64,000 nt of DNA from Antedon mediterranea (lineage: Eukaryota > Animalia > Echinodermata). Made by a program: the position numbers and the translations under genes. This document shows, piece after piece, positions 1 through 12,570 of this stretch (the first letter of the stretch is position 1; each line of letters starts with the position of its first letter). Under the pieces are notes generated by a model. That model was not told the origin of the DNA and did not search any database. It worked only from the letters and a program-made list of their open reading frames with translations. The DNA lies in the NCBI RefSeq assembly GCF_964355755.1, contig NC_092679.1, positions 11,515,432 through 11,579,431 on the forward strand. The letters are read 5' to 3'.

Positions 1-476
1 GATAACAAAACTTGTGAGTAATAGTATGGTATATCGCGGGACGCATACTTTATATTTTGGAGAACAAAACATATTACTGTATCGGATTGAGTTTGTAACC
101 AAGGGATAACGTAACCTTAAACACAAGCTCCCATCAAATTATATTCTTTTTAAATTTTTTTTTTGAAATTTCATTTGAATTTTTATTTTCATTGATTAGG
201 CGCGCCTACATTAATAAAATATTAATAGGAACAATTATTCATCATTATGGATTAATATAGTAATCAAATAAACGATATACTATATGAATAAAATAAGTTA
301 ATAATACAGTTGTATACATTAATAGCGAATTTTGGTAGTTTATCTTTTTGAATTTTGAATAATATATTATAATATTATGATCACTAATGATCATTATTTA
401 TTATTAGGTCTTTGTATGAATCATCCGCGACAATGCAATTTAATTCTGATGTTTAAAATCATGTGTAATTTTACAG

Positions 477-3400
477 GAATATGTGTTTACTGGTGGAACT
501 TACTTGATTGGTGTGTTCCTCTTTGCTGCTGTTGTTGGAAACGTTGGAGATGTAATCAGCAACATGAATGCCGCCAGACAAGAATTTGTAACCAAGTTAG
601 TATTTAATTAAATGGTAGACCCATTTTCATATTGGTGTCGATTCCATACCACCATCCCATATCATGATGTCATATACATTTTGGTACTGTCTACGAACGT
701 TTGTTGTCAAGCTTCTTTCAACTACTGTATTAAGGGTAAATCCCCGATCAATTAAATTTATATCGAAAAAGGAGTTTCGTAAACTCACTAATTGTGTGTT
801 CTGTTTATAATTAAAAAAAAAGAGATGTCTGACAATGTTGTGATGGCAAACCACACCTACACAGCCTATCGACATTTAAGTTAAGAACGGCGGTGTTTTG
901 TTTTGCCGACAGATATATCATCAATTACTTTAGTTAGATTTGTTTGTCATTGTCTAATTATTCTGATGAATAACCATCGGGTGTGAATAAATAGAACATT
1001 GTTTTCAGGATGGATTCGCTAAAATTTTACATGAATCATCGAAAGGTTCCCGAGGATCTACAAAGCCGAGTAAAGAAATGGTCTGAATACGCCTGGACAA
1101 GGTAGGCATAGAATGAGTTCTCATGTTCCCTAGTTTGCTTATTGCCTTTACCAAGAAGGTTCTAAAATCACATCGGCTTATGTGTGCACGGAACGTTAGT
1201 ACACAGTGCAGTGAGTTTAATCTGCAATATGTTTTCTTATTTAGAACTCAGGCCCTGGACGACCAATGCTTCTTAGATATTCTGCCTCCTAGGCTGCGCT
1301 CCGAAATAGCTAAACATGTTCATCTTGAAACATTGAAGAAGGTAATTTTTTCCCCACATAATTTCCAAAAAATAAAAGAAACGAGTGTGTCCACATTTAG
1401 TATAAAAGGTAGAACAAGACTATTTCAGCCCACTAAGACGCAACACAAGCACAACGCAAACGAGTTGATTATTGGCAAGCAAACGATTCCAATAATGTAT
1501 CGATTGTGATTAGAAAAATGGCTTGTGTTCCCATGCATCGTTGCGTTGATTTCTAAGCCTAGTGGGAACCAAAAATTACTGATTGCAAAAAGCATGTTTG
1601 TCTAATATTTGGGAGACACGCCCTTTGATGATTCTTTTTTTATGTTTCATTGAAAAGGAAAATAGTTAATGCAGTACCTGTGATTTACTTTATCCTTAAT
1701 GTTATTAAAGGTAAAAATATTTGAAGATTGTGAGCAGGGTCTACTCTGTGAGCTCGTACTCAAGCTACGCTCTCAAATATACCCACCTAGCGACTACATC
1801 TGTAGGAAGGGAGAAATTGGCCGTGAAATGTATATTATTAATCATGGGCGTGTTTCAGTAAGTTTTCTTTAGAGCAGCCTACATTATTAATTAAAAATTA
1901 TTTCAGATGAAAACAAAATGGTACGGTAAGTCACATACATTTACAGATGTATGGTACAATTTTGATAAATTAGTTGCCTAAACATTAAGTTATAATTACC
2001 GGTACTACCATAACTACCATAATTATTAATTAATAATATCCTGAATCTTTGAATGCCTAATGCTGTGAAACCTCTAAACGCTGTGCATATTATTACCCTG
2101 GTCATTTTTGGATTAAACATACTCCTATAATACAGATATTAATCAGCGCAAAGTTCCCATTTGTACATTTCTTGTGACTAGCGTTGGATTCGAACCCATG
2201 AGCCAACAAACTGCGCCACACGCCCTTAAAATGCCTATACGAGTGCCCCTAATGTATCGCCAGTACTTTTGAAAACTAACTGTAGGTCATGATCCAAGAT
2301 AAAGACACTGGTCAGAATGTAGTGGTAGCAACATTGCGAGAAGGTAACTACTTTGGAGAAATTAGTCTGCTGAAATTAGACGAAGGACAGAACAGGCGAA
2401 CGGCAGATGTGGTGTCAGTCGGTTACTCAGAGCTTTTGTGTTTGTCTAAGAAAGATCTAATGATGGTAAAGTGTACAGTAATTGTAGTTTAAAATCTTGT
2501 TTTAACAGATAATACACATATTACGAATATAGGATAGACATAATGTAACATTTAGAAAATCCATAATTCATTCGTTGAACCTTCTCGGTGGTAACATTAC
2601 ATAAAACGTATCCTTATATCGTGCCATGTATTATTTGCTACTATCTATTGAAGCTATTATTATACGTTCAGCCCTTTGTAAATATTTTTGTTCGACTGGT
2701 CTGGTTATATCAAAATCCAACTTCTAGTGTGTGTCGTCTAATAGGCCTAATTGCTTTACTTCGAGACGAAATTCGGTCTTTTGTAATGTACCACAACTTT
2801 TATTCATTCATTGCTTGATTGTTCATACATAATAATAATAATTCTTAAAAGTCCCAACCTTTGTTATTTGATTCAAGATATAAATGGCGGAATAGTTTTA
2901 AATACAACTTTAGAACACGCCTCATATCTTTCAAATCAAAAATATTCTATAGGCCTACAAATACAAAACATTCATTATTTATTTAAAGAAGGCCTAATAT
3001 ATTTTCAAAATTTTGATATTTAAAAAGGACATAATATAGCATTATGTATTAATATAAAACATAATGTATACATACATTAATTAATTGATATTTGTATTTT
3101 CTCCTGTTAGGCTTTGGTCGAATACCCGGATGCAAAAAAAGTGTTGGAAAAGCATGGCAGAGATAGGATGGAAAAGAACAAAGAAGCCACGTAATAATCT
3201 TATTACTATCATCAACACTATTATTTCAATTTACATATTTTTATGATAATTATAAAATCCTAATTTTCAAATCAAATACTAAATATAGGTATGTATAATT
3301 ACTCTCGACTATGTAAGTATACGGGATTAACCAAATTACAATTATTATTTAGGTCCTAATCACATCTTAATCTGTATACAGTATAGGCACAATATATGCT

Positions 3401-5168
3401 ACTTCTTAAGAATAAAGATGACCAACCTACTATGAAATATCAAGGCCTGAACCTAATTTTAAAAATAATTAAAATGATACAAAGATGAAATCCTGTATCA
3501 CAGAATATGATACTGTAAAACATTAAAAGATAAATTACAGAAAAACATAATGATGTTTTAATGCAAAAAATCTATTTGAATATGCCTACAGTTACAAATT
3601 ATTATTTTTATAATGTCTTATTTGCCACTATAAAGATTGCAAAGAAGAAAATCAGACGCAAATTTAGTTGTTCAAGAAAATGCAGACGATCGATCAAAAG
3701 ATCCAAGAGCTCTGATTGCCAAACAGCAGACAACTGCAGAAATATTGAGATCAGCAATACAAGGTGATTAGCAATTAACAACAAGCTGCTGTTCAGCTTT
3801 AGAAATGTGTCATTATTAAAAGTATTATATATAAAATATAATTTGTTTTAATGCCAGTGTGTTGGTAAGTTTAGTTAATAAAATACCAACATTTTGTTTT
3901 ACTTAGGAAAAGAAATGACAGAACTTCGACATATTATCCACGAATTGAGATCATTTGACAGCATGGTAATTTATTAGATTTTCTTATTAGTAAATAAAAA
4001 TGTCTATGCTTTAATTTATACTGTAGGGTTTTAGAAGCAATGTTTATCTAAAATATACAGAGCAAACAAGATTGAACAAAACGTGTTTTTTTTGTAAACG
4101 ATCCTAAAAACACACACACTGTCGTGGACAGACGTAATGGCGCCGTAGTTGGCTGCCGATGAAACGATGGGACCCTTAGGCCTATAGGGGAGAAGAATGT
4201 TGTTGAAAAGGTGTAACATCTTAGTCCACCACAGCGCGTTGGATCACTTGTTGCTGGAATTGGCGCTTTACAAATTCGAATATATTATATATTATTATAT
4301 CCTGACAGAGTAATAGTCCGATTAAATAAAATGATAATTAATATTATTTTTAACACATAAAGTACACACAATTGAATCTTAATCAAGAATAATAAAAATT
4401 GTTTTTACTTACAATTTCATTTTTTAGAGTACAAAAGATAAAATTGATCAGCTATCTCTCAAGGTAAATGTTATGACATATTTAAGTTAAGCACAAGCAC
4501 CTGTTATGATGTTAATATTCAAATTATATAAGGACCTAGGTTGTTTTTTTGGCAATCATTTTATACACACATACATTTTATTAATTTATTATCGATGTGA
4601 TTTGAATTGGTTTGACTTGTTTTGCTTTTTTAAGTGTGATCAGTTAAAAACAAAACTGACAAAGCGTAACATAGATCTACGACGAGCGTTGATGAGAGTA
4701 TCGGAACTTGAGAATAAAGTTAACAGCAACTTTAGTAGTTCTCGACAAAGATCATCGCAGAGATTTCAAGAACTTCAACAATATCGTTATTTTAATAACA
4801 GAAAAAGGAAGTCTAGCAGTGGAGAGGAATCTTTTAAATACGAAGAAAGTAATAATATCCCATCGAACAAATCGCAAATAAGAAGAAAGTCAAAACGACA
4901 TACCGGTATAAAAGTTCAAAGTAAGCAACAAAAACTCAAAATTAGAAATATTATTATACCGGGTATCTCTATTAATGGAGAACTACAAGAGGAAGCAAGA
5001 GAGTTTGTTTTAGAAGTGGAAGCTGATGAACTGAAAATGTCAGATACATCGGAGGAGCTCAATGAACTCCCTCTATCTGGTGCTTTGCTCTCGGTTAGTA
5101 ACTTGGAATTAGAAGCCAAAGGGGCAGAATCTGACATGTGCTTTAGTGACAGTTGGGAAAGTGACTGA
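477..5168 (+). CDS. Cyclic nucleotide-gated cation channel, CNGA-like; 3' part only (S6, C-linker, CNBD, C-terminal coiled coil)
   Basis: GT-AG exons join in frame: 477-595, 1009-1101, 1245-1341, 1711-1857, 2286-2465, 3111-3190, 3636-3763, 3907-3965, 4428-4463, 4635-5168(TGA). Translation includes S6 [29 protein letters not shown]-linker [18 protein letters not shown] and [21 protein letters not shown], and [20 protein letters not shown]...[10 protein letters not shown]...[23 protein letters not shown]...ALVEYPDAK. The 5' exons lie outside the window. Confidence 0.93.
4095..4300 (+). mobile_element. Probable SINE 3' fragment in a CNG intron
   Basis: GC-richer island ending GCGCTTTACAAAT plus (ATT)n, resembling L2-related SINE tails. 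Confidence 0.4.
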
Positions 5169-6133
5169 TATTCAGTTATTTAAATTTAGCGATCAGCGTT
5201 TTAGATTGAGAGTGTTAACTCGTTTTTCTGATGAAAGCAGAAGCGAGCTCCGTGGTAAAATTATTCGTTGTGATTGCGGTACTATTGCATTGAAATATTT
5301 TATTGGTGGATGCAATATTTGTTGTTATTGTAGGCTTATTTTTGAATTTGAATAAATTAAAAGTAAGGAAGAGTTCGCATGTAATTTGACCAATCACGAC
5401 ATTCGAACTATCTCTTGTGATTTTTAAACTCAGTTGCGAACCAAACTTTATAAACAAAATATAGTGCAGAGGCCTATGCCTATTTAAATGTTTAAAAGTG
5501 CATGTAGGTAAGAGTAAGACCTACTATTTATGCAAAAGAGATAAACTAGAATTTATAATGTTTAGCATAAACTGGTAGTGTTTAAAGAGACATTTCTATA
5601 AAATATAATATATTGTATAGATTTGAGCAATAAAGAGTACCGTATTGTTTAAATACATAAAAAGGTGCAAAATGGATGTATATGCACTGTCAAAGAATTC
5701 ATGATTTGTATTTGACAACAAAATGCTGCAAGTTTTAATATTTTCAGTATGGGTTAAAAAACATACTGTAGCTGTCATACAACGGTGAATGTACTGTTTA
5801 TTTATTAACTTTAATTTTCCATATTAACAATCAAATCAATCAAAATCTTTATTTATTCACAAAAATATAAAATACAATATAATAGTACAAAATATAAAGC
5901 TCGTTCACCAAAAAATAAAGGTGTTCTTCCACATGTTCTAATAGGTAAAACAGTGAGTCATGCGTAATGTTCCTTACAAAGCATATGAAGAATATTTCAT
6001 AAGAGTAAACTTAAGAAATCTATTTGTAACCACCATCCTGTTTCTCTGTCGCCTACTTTATCAAAGTATTTAAAAACAATTCTTTTTTTGCATTTACATT
6101 GATTATTTACGAAATTGAGCCGTGAAATGAAAC

Positions 6134-6700
6134 ATTTGTGCAAACAACCTCAATTGTGCAAACATGTTGCCCTCAATATGCAAACCACCATTATTTGTGC
6201 GAACATGTTGCCCTCAATGTGCAAACCACCACATTTGTGCAAACATATTGCCCTCAATGTGCAAACAACCATATTTGTGCGAACATGTTGCCCTCAATGT
6301 GCAAACAACCACATTTGTGCAAACATATTGCCCTCAATGTGCAAACAACCATATTTGTGCAAACATGTTGCCCTCAATGTGCAAACCACCATATTTGTGC
6401 GAACATGTTGCCCTCGATGTACAAAAAACCACATTTGTGCGAACATGTTGCCCTCAATGTGCAAACCACCATATTTGTGCGAACATGTTGCCCTCAATGT
6501 GTAAACAACCACATTTGTGCAAACATATTGCCCATCGGAGTCCATTGTAATCCAACCTTTTCAGCTCTTGCTGCTGGTTGGAATTTGATGCTTTTATACC
6601 TTAATAAATAAATAAATAAATATTGCCCTCAATGTGCAAACAACCACATTTGTGCAAACATATTGCCCTCAATGTGCAAACAACCACATTTGGCAAACAT
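6134..6700. repeat. 40-bp minisatellite (ATTTGTGCAAACATGTTGCCCTCAATGTGCAAACAACCAC), about 12 copies
   Basis: The 40-bp period is directly visible (6241, 6281, 6321...). Confidence 0.95.
6534..6619 (+). mobile_element. Very short 5'-truncated retroposon 3' end with (TAAA)n tail and target-site duplication
   Basis: Interrupts one 40-bp unit. It is flanked by ATATTGCCC at 6525-6533 and 6620-6628 and has an internal stem TCCAACC...GGTTGGA. Confidence 0.75.
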
Positions 6701-8264
6701 GGCACTCTCAAATGTGCAAATTTGTAAAAAAGGTATAAGCCTACTCCACTAATGTGCAAACATCACGCCGTTAAATGTAAAAACGATCAGTTCTGACGTT
6801 AAATGTGCAGCTGAAATTCTTCAAATTTTCAAATCATTTTTTTACAACCAAAATTGTTGATTAAAAATGTCAGTCGCGTGCTCAAGTTAGTGTGTACCGA
6901 CCAACCGACCGACATAGTGAGCTGTAATCACGCGACTAAAATGGTAACCTAATTCTAAAAACACTCACGGGTTTTTCTAACAATGATTTATAGATATAGC
7001 CACTTATAAATTTAATTAGTAATACAGGCAGACATAATCTGTTTTGAAACAAAAAACAACAATCATGGGGATGGAGATGGTAACTTTTATACTATTGAAA
7101 TTGAAGTCCATTATAGTTCTTATTTTAAAGGAAATTCACAAAACATAATGAACTGAGTTCATTAGATTTGATATCATTTTATTTAAATTGTAGTTCTTTT
7201 ATAACAACTTAAAATTGTGAGGATTTTCTTGCGCAAATTGAATCAATATTAAAATTGAGCAAAACATTTAGAACAGTGCATTCTATTTGATAAAATCAAA
7301 GCTCATACAAATTCAGATAAAAGAATAAAATGTTACTAAAATTGCGCTAAGATTTCTTTGCAGAATCAAATTGCGTAACGAAATCTTTGCACTATTTTAA
7401 ATCACGATTAACATTTACTCACTTCATTATTTTCCTGTTAATTAATCAATTAATGTAGTTGAAGACACACATTTATAGAATTAAATTTGCACATTTAACG
7501 TAAAAAACTTTTTACATTTATGGCCTGATGTTTGCACATTAGTGGATTATTCATGTTTACAGATTTGCACATTTGAAGGTGTCATGTTTGCACAAATATG
7601 GTTGTTTGCACATTACATTTGAGGGCAACATTTTTAAAAAAATGTGGTTTTTTGCAGAAATGTGACTGTTTGCACTTTTAACCGTTCAACAGGGTAACTA
7701 GTAATGATCATTTTTCCGGGTGGCTTCCTGTGCTCTTGGTTGTCATAGGGGTAAATTTTGGGTCCTCTGCTATTTAATTGTTAAATATTAAGTTAACAGA
7801 GCGCAGCAACCTCAAACGTCTTGATGGTTTCGTTTCGTTTATTTATTTTTTCCACTCACTTATATATATATGTATATATCATTTACATTTACATAACATA
7901 TATTAAATGTGGGTGGATGGAAGTCACAGTAAGTTCACTGAACTTTAAGTCGTGACTCCCGTATGCCTAAGTATACTAACATTGCTACAGAGTAGACTAA
8001 AATATGAATATATAATAGTGAAAGTACATAAAATAAAGAAATAAAAAAATTTTAAATTATAGAAGTTAAGATAAACCAGGCAATTATATAATATATGATA
8101 AAAGGGATAATGATAACAATTAGAGTACAATATGAAATATAATTAAATATGGTATAATAACAAGTATAACGATACAATGTAGCGGAGATTATTGAATACC
8201 AGGGTGAAGGATTTAATGCCATGTATCACCACCAAATAAATAAGGATAAAAGATCGGCGAAAAA

Positions 8265-11200
8265 TTATGTAGCATATTCTGACACCATTTTGTGTTTGAA
8301 ATTAGATTTAAAACTAGAAAAGGAAGATTTCTGTTTAAGTTCATTTGAGAGTGAAGTCCAAAGTTTGGGACCAAAATAATACATAAAAAATCGTCGAGCC
8401 TTAACATTTAAATTATCAAAGATATAATTGTTAACAGAGGATCGGGTTTTATAGGAATGGCGTTCGTCAATTCTTGTAAATAAAGCATTAAAATGTGAAG
8501 GCAGTAAATTGTTAGATAAACGGTACATAAATGAGGCAACTTGTAATTTATTTAAATCATAAATGTTTAAAACGTTAAATCTTTTAAAAAGTAATTTTGT
8601 ATGGGCTCTAAATGATTCTCCCGCGCAAATCCGAAGTGCACGTTTTTGTAGTTTAAAAAGGCGGTCAATTTGAGTTTTCTCTAGACTTGTCCAGGGGCAT
8701 AACGTATTAAATTTATCTAGAGTAATTGCCCAACATAAATTGGCATAAGAAAGGTAAGGCAAAACTAAAGTATTATAAAGGGTTAATAAGGTTTTTTGAG
8801 GGAAGATATGTTTTAATTTGTTCAATATTCCAACATTTCTAGAAACTAGATTACTGATTTTATTTATATGTAGTTTCCAAGTCAGAGAGGCATCTATGGT
8901 TACTCCTAAAAATTGTGTTTCATTAACTCGTTTGATCATTTTATTATCAATGTATATTTGTTCATTTAAAGAATTTGAAATTTTACGTTTAGAAAATATT
9001 ATATAGTTCGTTTTGAATGTATTAAGAGTTAATTTATTGTGTTTGAGCCAATTTGAAACTTTAAGTAACTCATCATTGACAATTTTAAACAAGGTATTTA
9101 ATTTAGGATGAGAGAAAAAAATATTTGTGTCGTCAGCAAATAAGATAAAATTTAGTAATTTAGAGCTGTTTGGTATATCGTTAACAAAAATCAGGAATAA
9201 GAGTGGTCCAAGAATCGATCCTTGGGGAACACCACAGGTTAAACGGGAATAGGAAGAGTTAAAATTGTTTAAGGAAGTAAACTGAACACGATTGGAAAGG
9301 TAGCTTTTAATTAGTTTTAAAGGAAGGCCTCTGATACCGTAATTTGAAAGTTTATGAATTAAAATATCGTGGTTAATAGTATCGAAGGCCTTAGATAAAT
9401 CAAGGAAAATGCCAACAGAAAACTCATTTTTACTCAGGGCAATTGTAATTTTGTCAAAAATATCTAATAAAGCAAGATCTGTTGAATACTTTTTCCTGAA
9501 ACCATATTGGCCTTTAAATAAAATGTTATGTTTAGTTAAAAAGGAAGAAATTCGATTATGCATTATTTTTTCAATTAATTTTGAGAAACAAGGAAGTAGG
9601 GAGATTGGTCTGTAGTTATTGAAATGATGAGGATCTTCTTTCTTGTAGATAGGGATGACTTTAGCTATTTTAAAAGAGTCAGGAAAAATACCGGTTTGAA
9701 AAGAAGTATTAAAAATGTGAGTTAAGGGTTTGCATATAAAATTAGAAACACGTTTAATAATTTTATTGGAAAACCCATCAAACCCAGGAGATTTATTATC
9801 TTTGAGGGAAAGTATTATACTGACAACTTCATGCTCGGTTACAGGACTAAGGAGGAGAGAGTGCACACATGGACGAGGTAGGGTAGAAGTATAATTATCA
9901 TTATCCGACACATGTATTTTGTTAACTAAATTTGGCCCTATACTAGTAAAATAATTATTGAATTCAGTTGCAATTTGTTGAGGATTATTTAATTCAATGT
10001 CATTGTTAATAAAGTGAGAAGGAAACGGTTTACGAGATTTCTTGCCAAGGACTCCATTTATTGTTTGCCAGGTTTTTTGGATGTTATTTTTATGGAATTC
10101 AAATTTGTCACTGAAGTAATTCTTTTGGGCAGTACGAAGGATTTTGGTAAGTACATTTTGATATTTAACATATTTATCTTTGTCCTTTTGCTTTTTAGAT
10201 ATAAGAAATGTTTTATATAATTTGTGTTTTTTGTCGATAGATTTAATTAAGCATTTAGTTATCCAAGGTTTTTTTTCTTTCCGAATATTTCGTCTGGAAC
10301 GAGTGGTTTTAATGTTGTTATTATATAATGTACTAAATATGTCGTTGAATAAAGCGTATGCCTCATTGGGTTCATTGGAGTTATAAATACTAGTCCAGTC
10401 AACATTTGACAAATCATTACTTAAGGCAGAAATTAAAATATCATTGACTTTTTTTATGTATATATATTTTGATTTAGGTTTCAGGTGTTGGAGAGGTTCT
10501 GATTTATGTACTAACAAGAAAACAGGAAAGTGATCCGAGATGTCCGAATATAGAATTCCGGAAGAAATGTTATCGTATAGATTATTACAAAAAATATTGT
10601 CGATTAAAGTTGCAGAATTACGCGTAATTCTAGTTGGCCTAGTAATAAGAGGATAATAATTTGATTGAAATAAAGTATTAACAAAATCAGAAGTACCTTT
10701 ATGTGTTTTGGAATTTAACAAGTTAATATTAAAGTCTCCTGAAATATATGCTGTTTTTTTCTCATTATTAATGGTGTCAATTAAATTAGAGATATCTTTA
10801 TTAAATGTGTTAATGGATAATTCAGGCAAACGATATACTACTCCAAGGATTATGTTTTTTGGTTGTGCATCGATTTCAATGAAAAGAGATTCCGAACCAT
10901 TAGTAATGATAAATGATAAATCAGGGCGAAGAATATATTTAAATCTCTGGTGTAGGTAAATGGCAACGCCTCCTCCTGGTCTATCAGCTCGTGAAACATG
11001 CAAGAGGTTATAATTGGGAATATTATAAAAGGAAAAAGGCGTATTATGATTAAAAAAAGTTTCGGTGAAGCATAGTGCTGAGAATTCATGGTTAATAGCA
11101 CCTACGCATACATTGATATCGTTAAAATGTTTAACAAGACTGCGTGCGTTTAAGTGAAAGATACTAAATGAATAATCTTGTGTTGAATATTTGTTGTTAA

Positions 11201-11432
11201 GACTATCGATATATTCATAGGCACAAGATTCAATATTTTCGGAAAATAATTGGGCATTGTTGTCATTAATAATATCTTTAAAATTAATATCAAAAGGGTT
11301 AAAAATTAAAGAATTAAATCTATCAAAGTCAATTCTATCGTCACAAAAGTAATAGTGAATGACATGCAAGAATTCATCATTATCAATAATGTGATTAAAT
11401 GGGAATGCATCTATATTGTCAAAAGGGTCCAT
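8265..11432 (-). CDS. LINE ORF2: apurinic-like endonuclease plus reverse transcriptase (1055 aa, uninterrupted)
   Basis: APE motifs HLNARSL, FTETF, GGGVAIY, GDFNIN, TLIDNIF, SDHFP. RT motifs KSPGFDG, NYRPISLL, QYGFR, FLDLSKAFDTI, GVPQGSILGPLLF, FADD, FLGV. Confidence 0.95.
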   Translation of the reverse strand: MDPFDNIDAFPFNHIIDNDEFLHVIHYYFCDDRIDFDRFNSLIFNPFDINFKDIINDNNAQLFSENIESCAYEYIDSLNNKYSTQDYSFSIFHLNARSLVKHFNDINVCVGAINHEFSALCFTETFFNHNTPFSFYNIPNYNLLHVSRADRPGGGVAIYLHQRFKYILRPDLSFIITNGSESLFIEIDAQPKNIILGVVYRLPELSINTFNKDISNLIDTINNEKKTAYISGDFNINLLNSKTHKGTSDFVNTLFQSNYYPLITRPTRITRNSATLIDNIFCNNLYDNISSGILYSDISDHFPVFLLVHKSEPLQHLKPKSKYIYIKKVNDILISALSNDLSNVDWTSIYNSNEPNEAYALFNDIFSTLYNNNIKTTRSRRNIRKEKKPWITKCLIKSIDKKHKLYKTFLISKKQKDKDKYVKYQNVLTKILRTAQKNYFSDKFEFHKNNIQKTWQTINGVLGKKSRKPFPSHFINNDIELNNPQQIATEFNNYFTSIGPNLVNKIHVSDNDNYTSTLPRPCVHSLLLSPVTEHEVVSIILSLKDNKSPGFDGFSNKIIKRVSNFICKPLTHIFNTSFQTGIFPDSFKIAKVIPIYKKEDPHHFNNYRPISLLPCFSKLIEKIMHNRISSFLTKHNILFKGQYGFRKKYSTDLALLDIFDKITIALSKNEFSVGIFLDLSKAFDTINHDILIHKLSNYGIRGLPLKLIKSYLSNRVQFTSLNNFNSSYSRLTCGVPQGSILGPLLFLIFVNDIPNSSKLLNFILFADDTNIFFSHPKLNTLFKIVNDELLKVSNWLKHNKLTLNTFKTNYIIFSKRKISNSLNEQIYIDNKMIKRVNETQFLGVTIDASLTWKLHINKISNLVSRNVGILNKLKHIFPQKTLLTLYNTLVLPYLSYANLCWAITLDKFNTLCPWTSLEKTQIDRLFKLQKRALRICAGESFRAHTKLLFKRFNVLNIYDLNKLQVASFMYRLSNNLLPSHFNALFTRIDERHSYKTRSSVNNYIFDNLNVKARRFFMYYFGPKLWTSLSNELKQKSSFSSFKSNFKHKMVSEYAT

Positions 11433-11877
11433 GAGAATATCTAACGATACATAATGTGATCAGTTTATTCAATAGTATGTAATAAAAGATGCCTGGTAAT
11501 GTTACGTAAAAACAGAAAAGTACAAGAACGTAAATATAAAGAAACAAGTTAAGAATTGGGGGGTAACAATAAAACAAAGGTGAATAAATGGTTTTAAGTG
11601 GTTTAAACATCTTATGACAATGCAATTATGTGAGAACAGACTCCTGAAAACGCTATTGTAAAATTATTATGTAAAATCAATCAAGAGGCTTATACAAATT
11701 AAGCAAAGTATGCAGATGTAAGGAAAATAATGAATAAAAGATTCTCAGTCTGTTGTAAAATTTAATAATGGATTGAATTTGTAAAGAAGAAATGCTTCTT
11801 AGACAGTCCAAGTGTTTACAACAACATTCCGATCACTAGTATGGCAATGGAATTTCGAAAAGTTTACCGGAACTATT

Positions 11878-12570
11878 TCAATGGAATTTCGAAAAGTTTA
11901 CTGGAATGCCAGTTGAAGTTCGCCATTTTCCAGCCGTAAAACGAAGCTTGGTACCTTTATTGTACATCTCTTTTACTTGTGATCTCCATTTATTTTTTTC
12001 CAGTAGATCGGCAGCAGTAAGATCATCTATGATATAAAATTTCTGGCTATCTAGCGCAGAACTTCGTTGTTTCATAACTTCAATCTTAGAAGCGTATGAG
12101 AGAAAACGGGCAATGATATGCCTTGGCTTGCCGTTCATACTTTTACCATCTCGGTGGGCCCGTTCGATTGTTGGCCTGGGATCGAGTGTGAAAAAATCGG
12201 AAAGAATGTTCTCAAAGATTAACTTACAGTTTTCTTTTGTGTTCTCTTCCACACCAACAATTCTTACGTTATTACGACGAGAAAAGCGTTCCGTCTTGTT
12301 AATTTTTGCCAGCAGGTCAGTTGTACTACCTTGTAAATTAGCAACTGTTGTTGTCAGCTCTGTGACAGTCGTTTTTAATTCCTTGTTTTCATCTCCAAGG
12401 GCATCTATTCTAGCAGAATTAAACGATATTGCTTCGTAAAGCTCAGCTTTATTAGATTCTTGGCCTTTTAAAATCGATTCAAGTTTTTTTTAAACAAACG
12501 ATTCAAACGATAGCTGGTCTTCGCTTTCGAATTCAGCGGGCTTGGTATTTGCTCGTGTAGATCGTGACAT
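11878..12570 (-). pseudogene. LINE ORF1 (coiled coil plus L1/transposase-22-type RRM) with one in-frame stop
   Basis: ATG at 12570 (MSRSTRANTK...), 231 codons in a single frame, TAA at 12490-12492. Motifs ERFSRRNNVRIVGVEE, IERAHRDGK, KPRHIIARF, FYIIDDLT. Confidence 0.85.

Larger units (their letters stand above)
6134..7682. mobile_element. Foldback/MITE-like element with long inverted arms containing a 40-bp tandem repeat
   Basis: 6640-6810 is inverse-complementary to ~7485-7680 (tccactaatgtgcaaacatca / tgatgtttgcacattagtgga; cgttaaatgtgca / tgcacatttaacg). Confidence 0.7.

Noticed and set aside
2180-2225. tRNA gene (GGTTCGAATCC B-box on the minus strand)
   Set aside because: No cloverleaf or intact A-box; more likely a decayed tRNA-derived SINE head.
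6115-6611. Cys/His-rich ORFs resembling zinc fingers or metallothionein
   Set aside because: These are translations of the 40-bp minisatellite, cycling through all frames.
8818-10959. Short plus-strand ORFs within the LINE
   Set aside because: Antisense shadows of ORF2 with no motifs.
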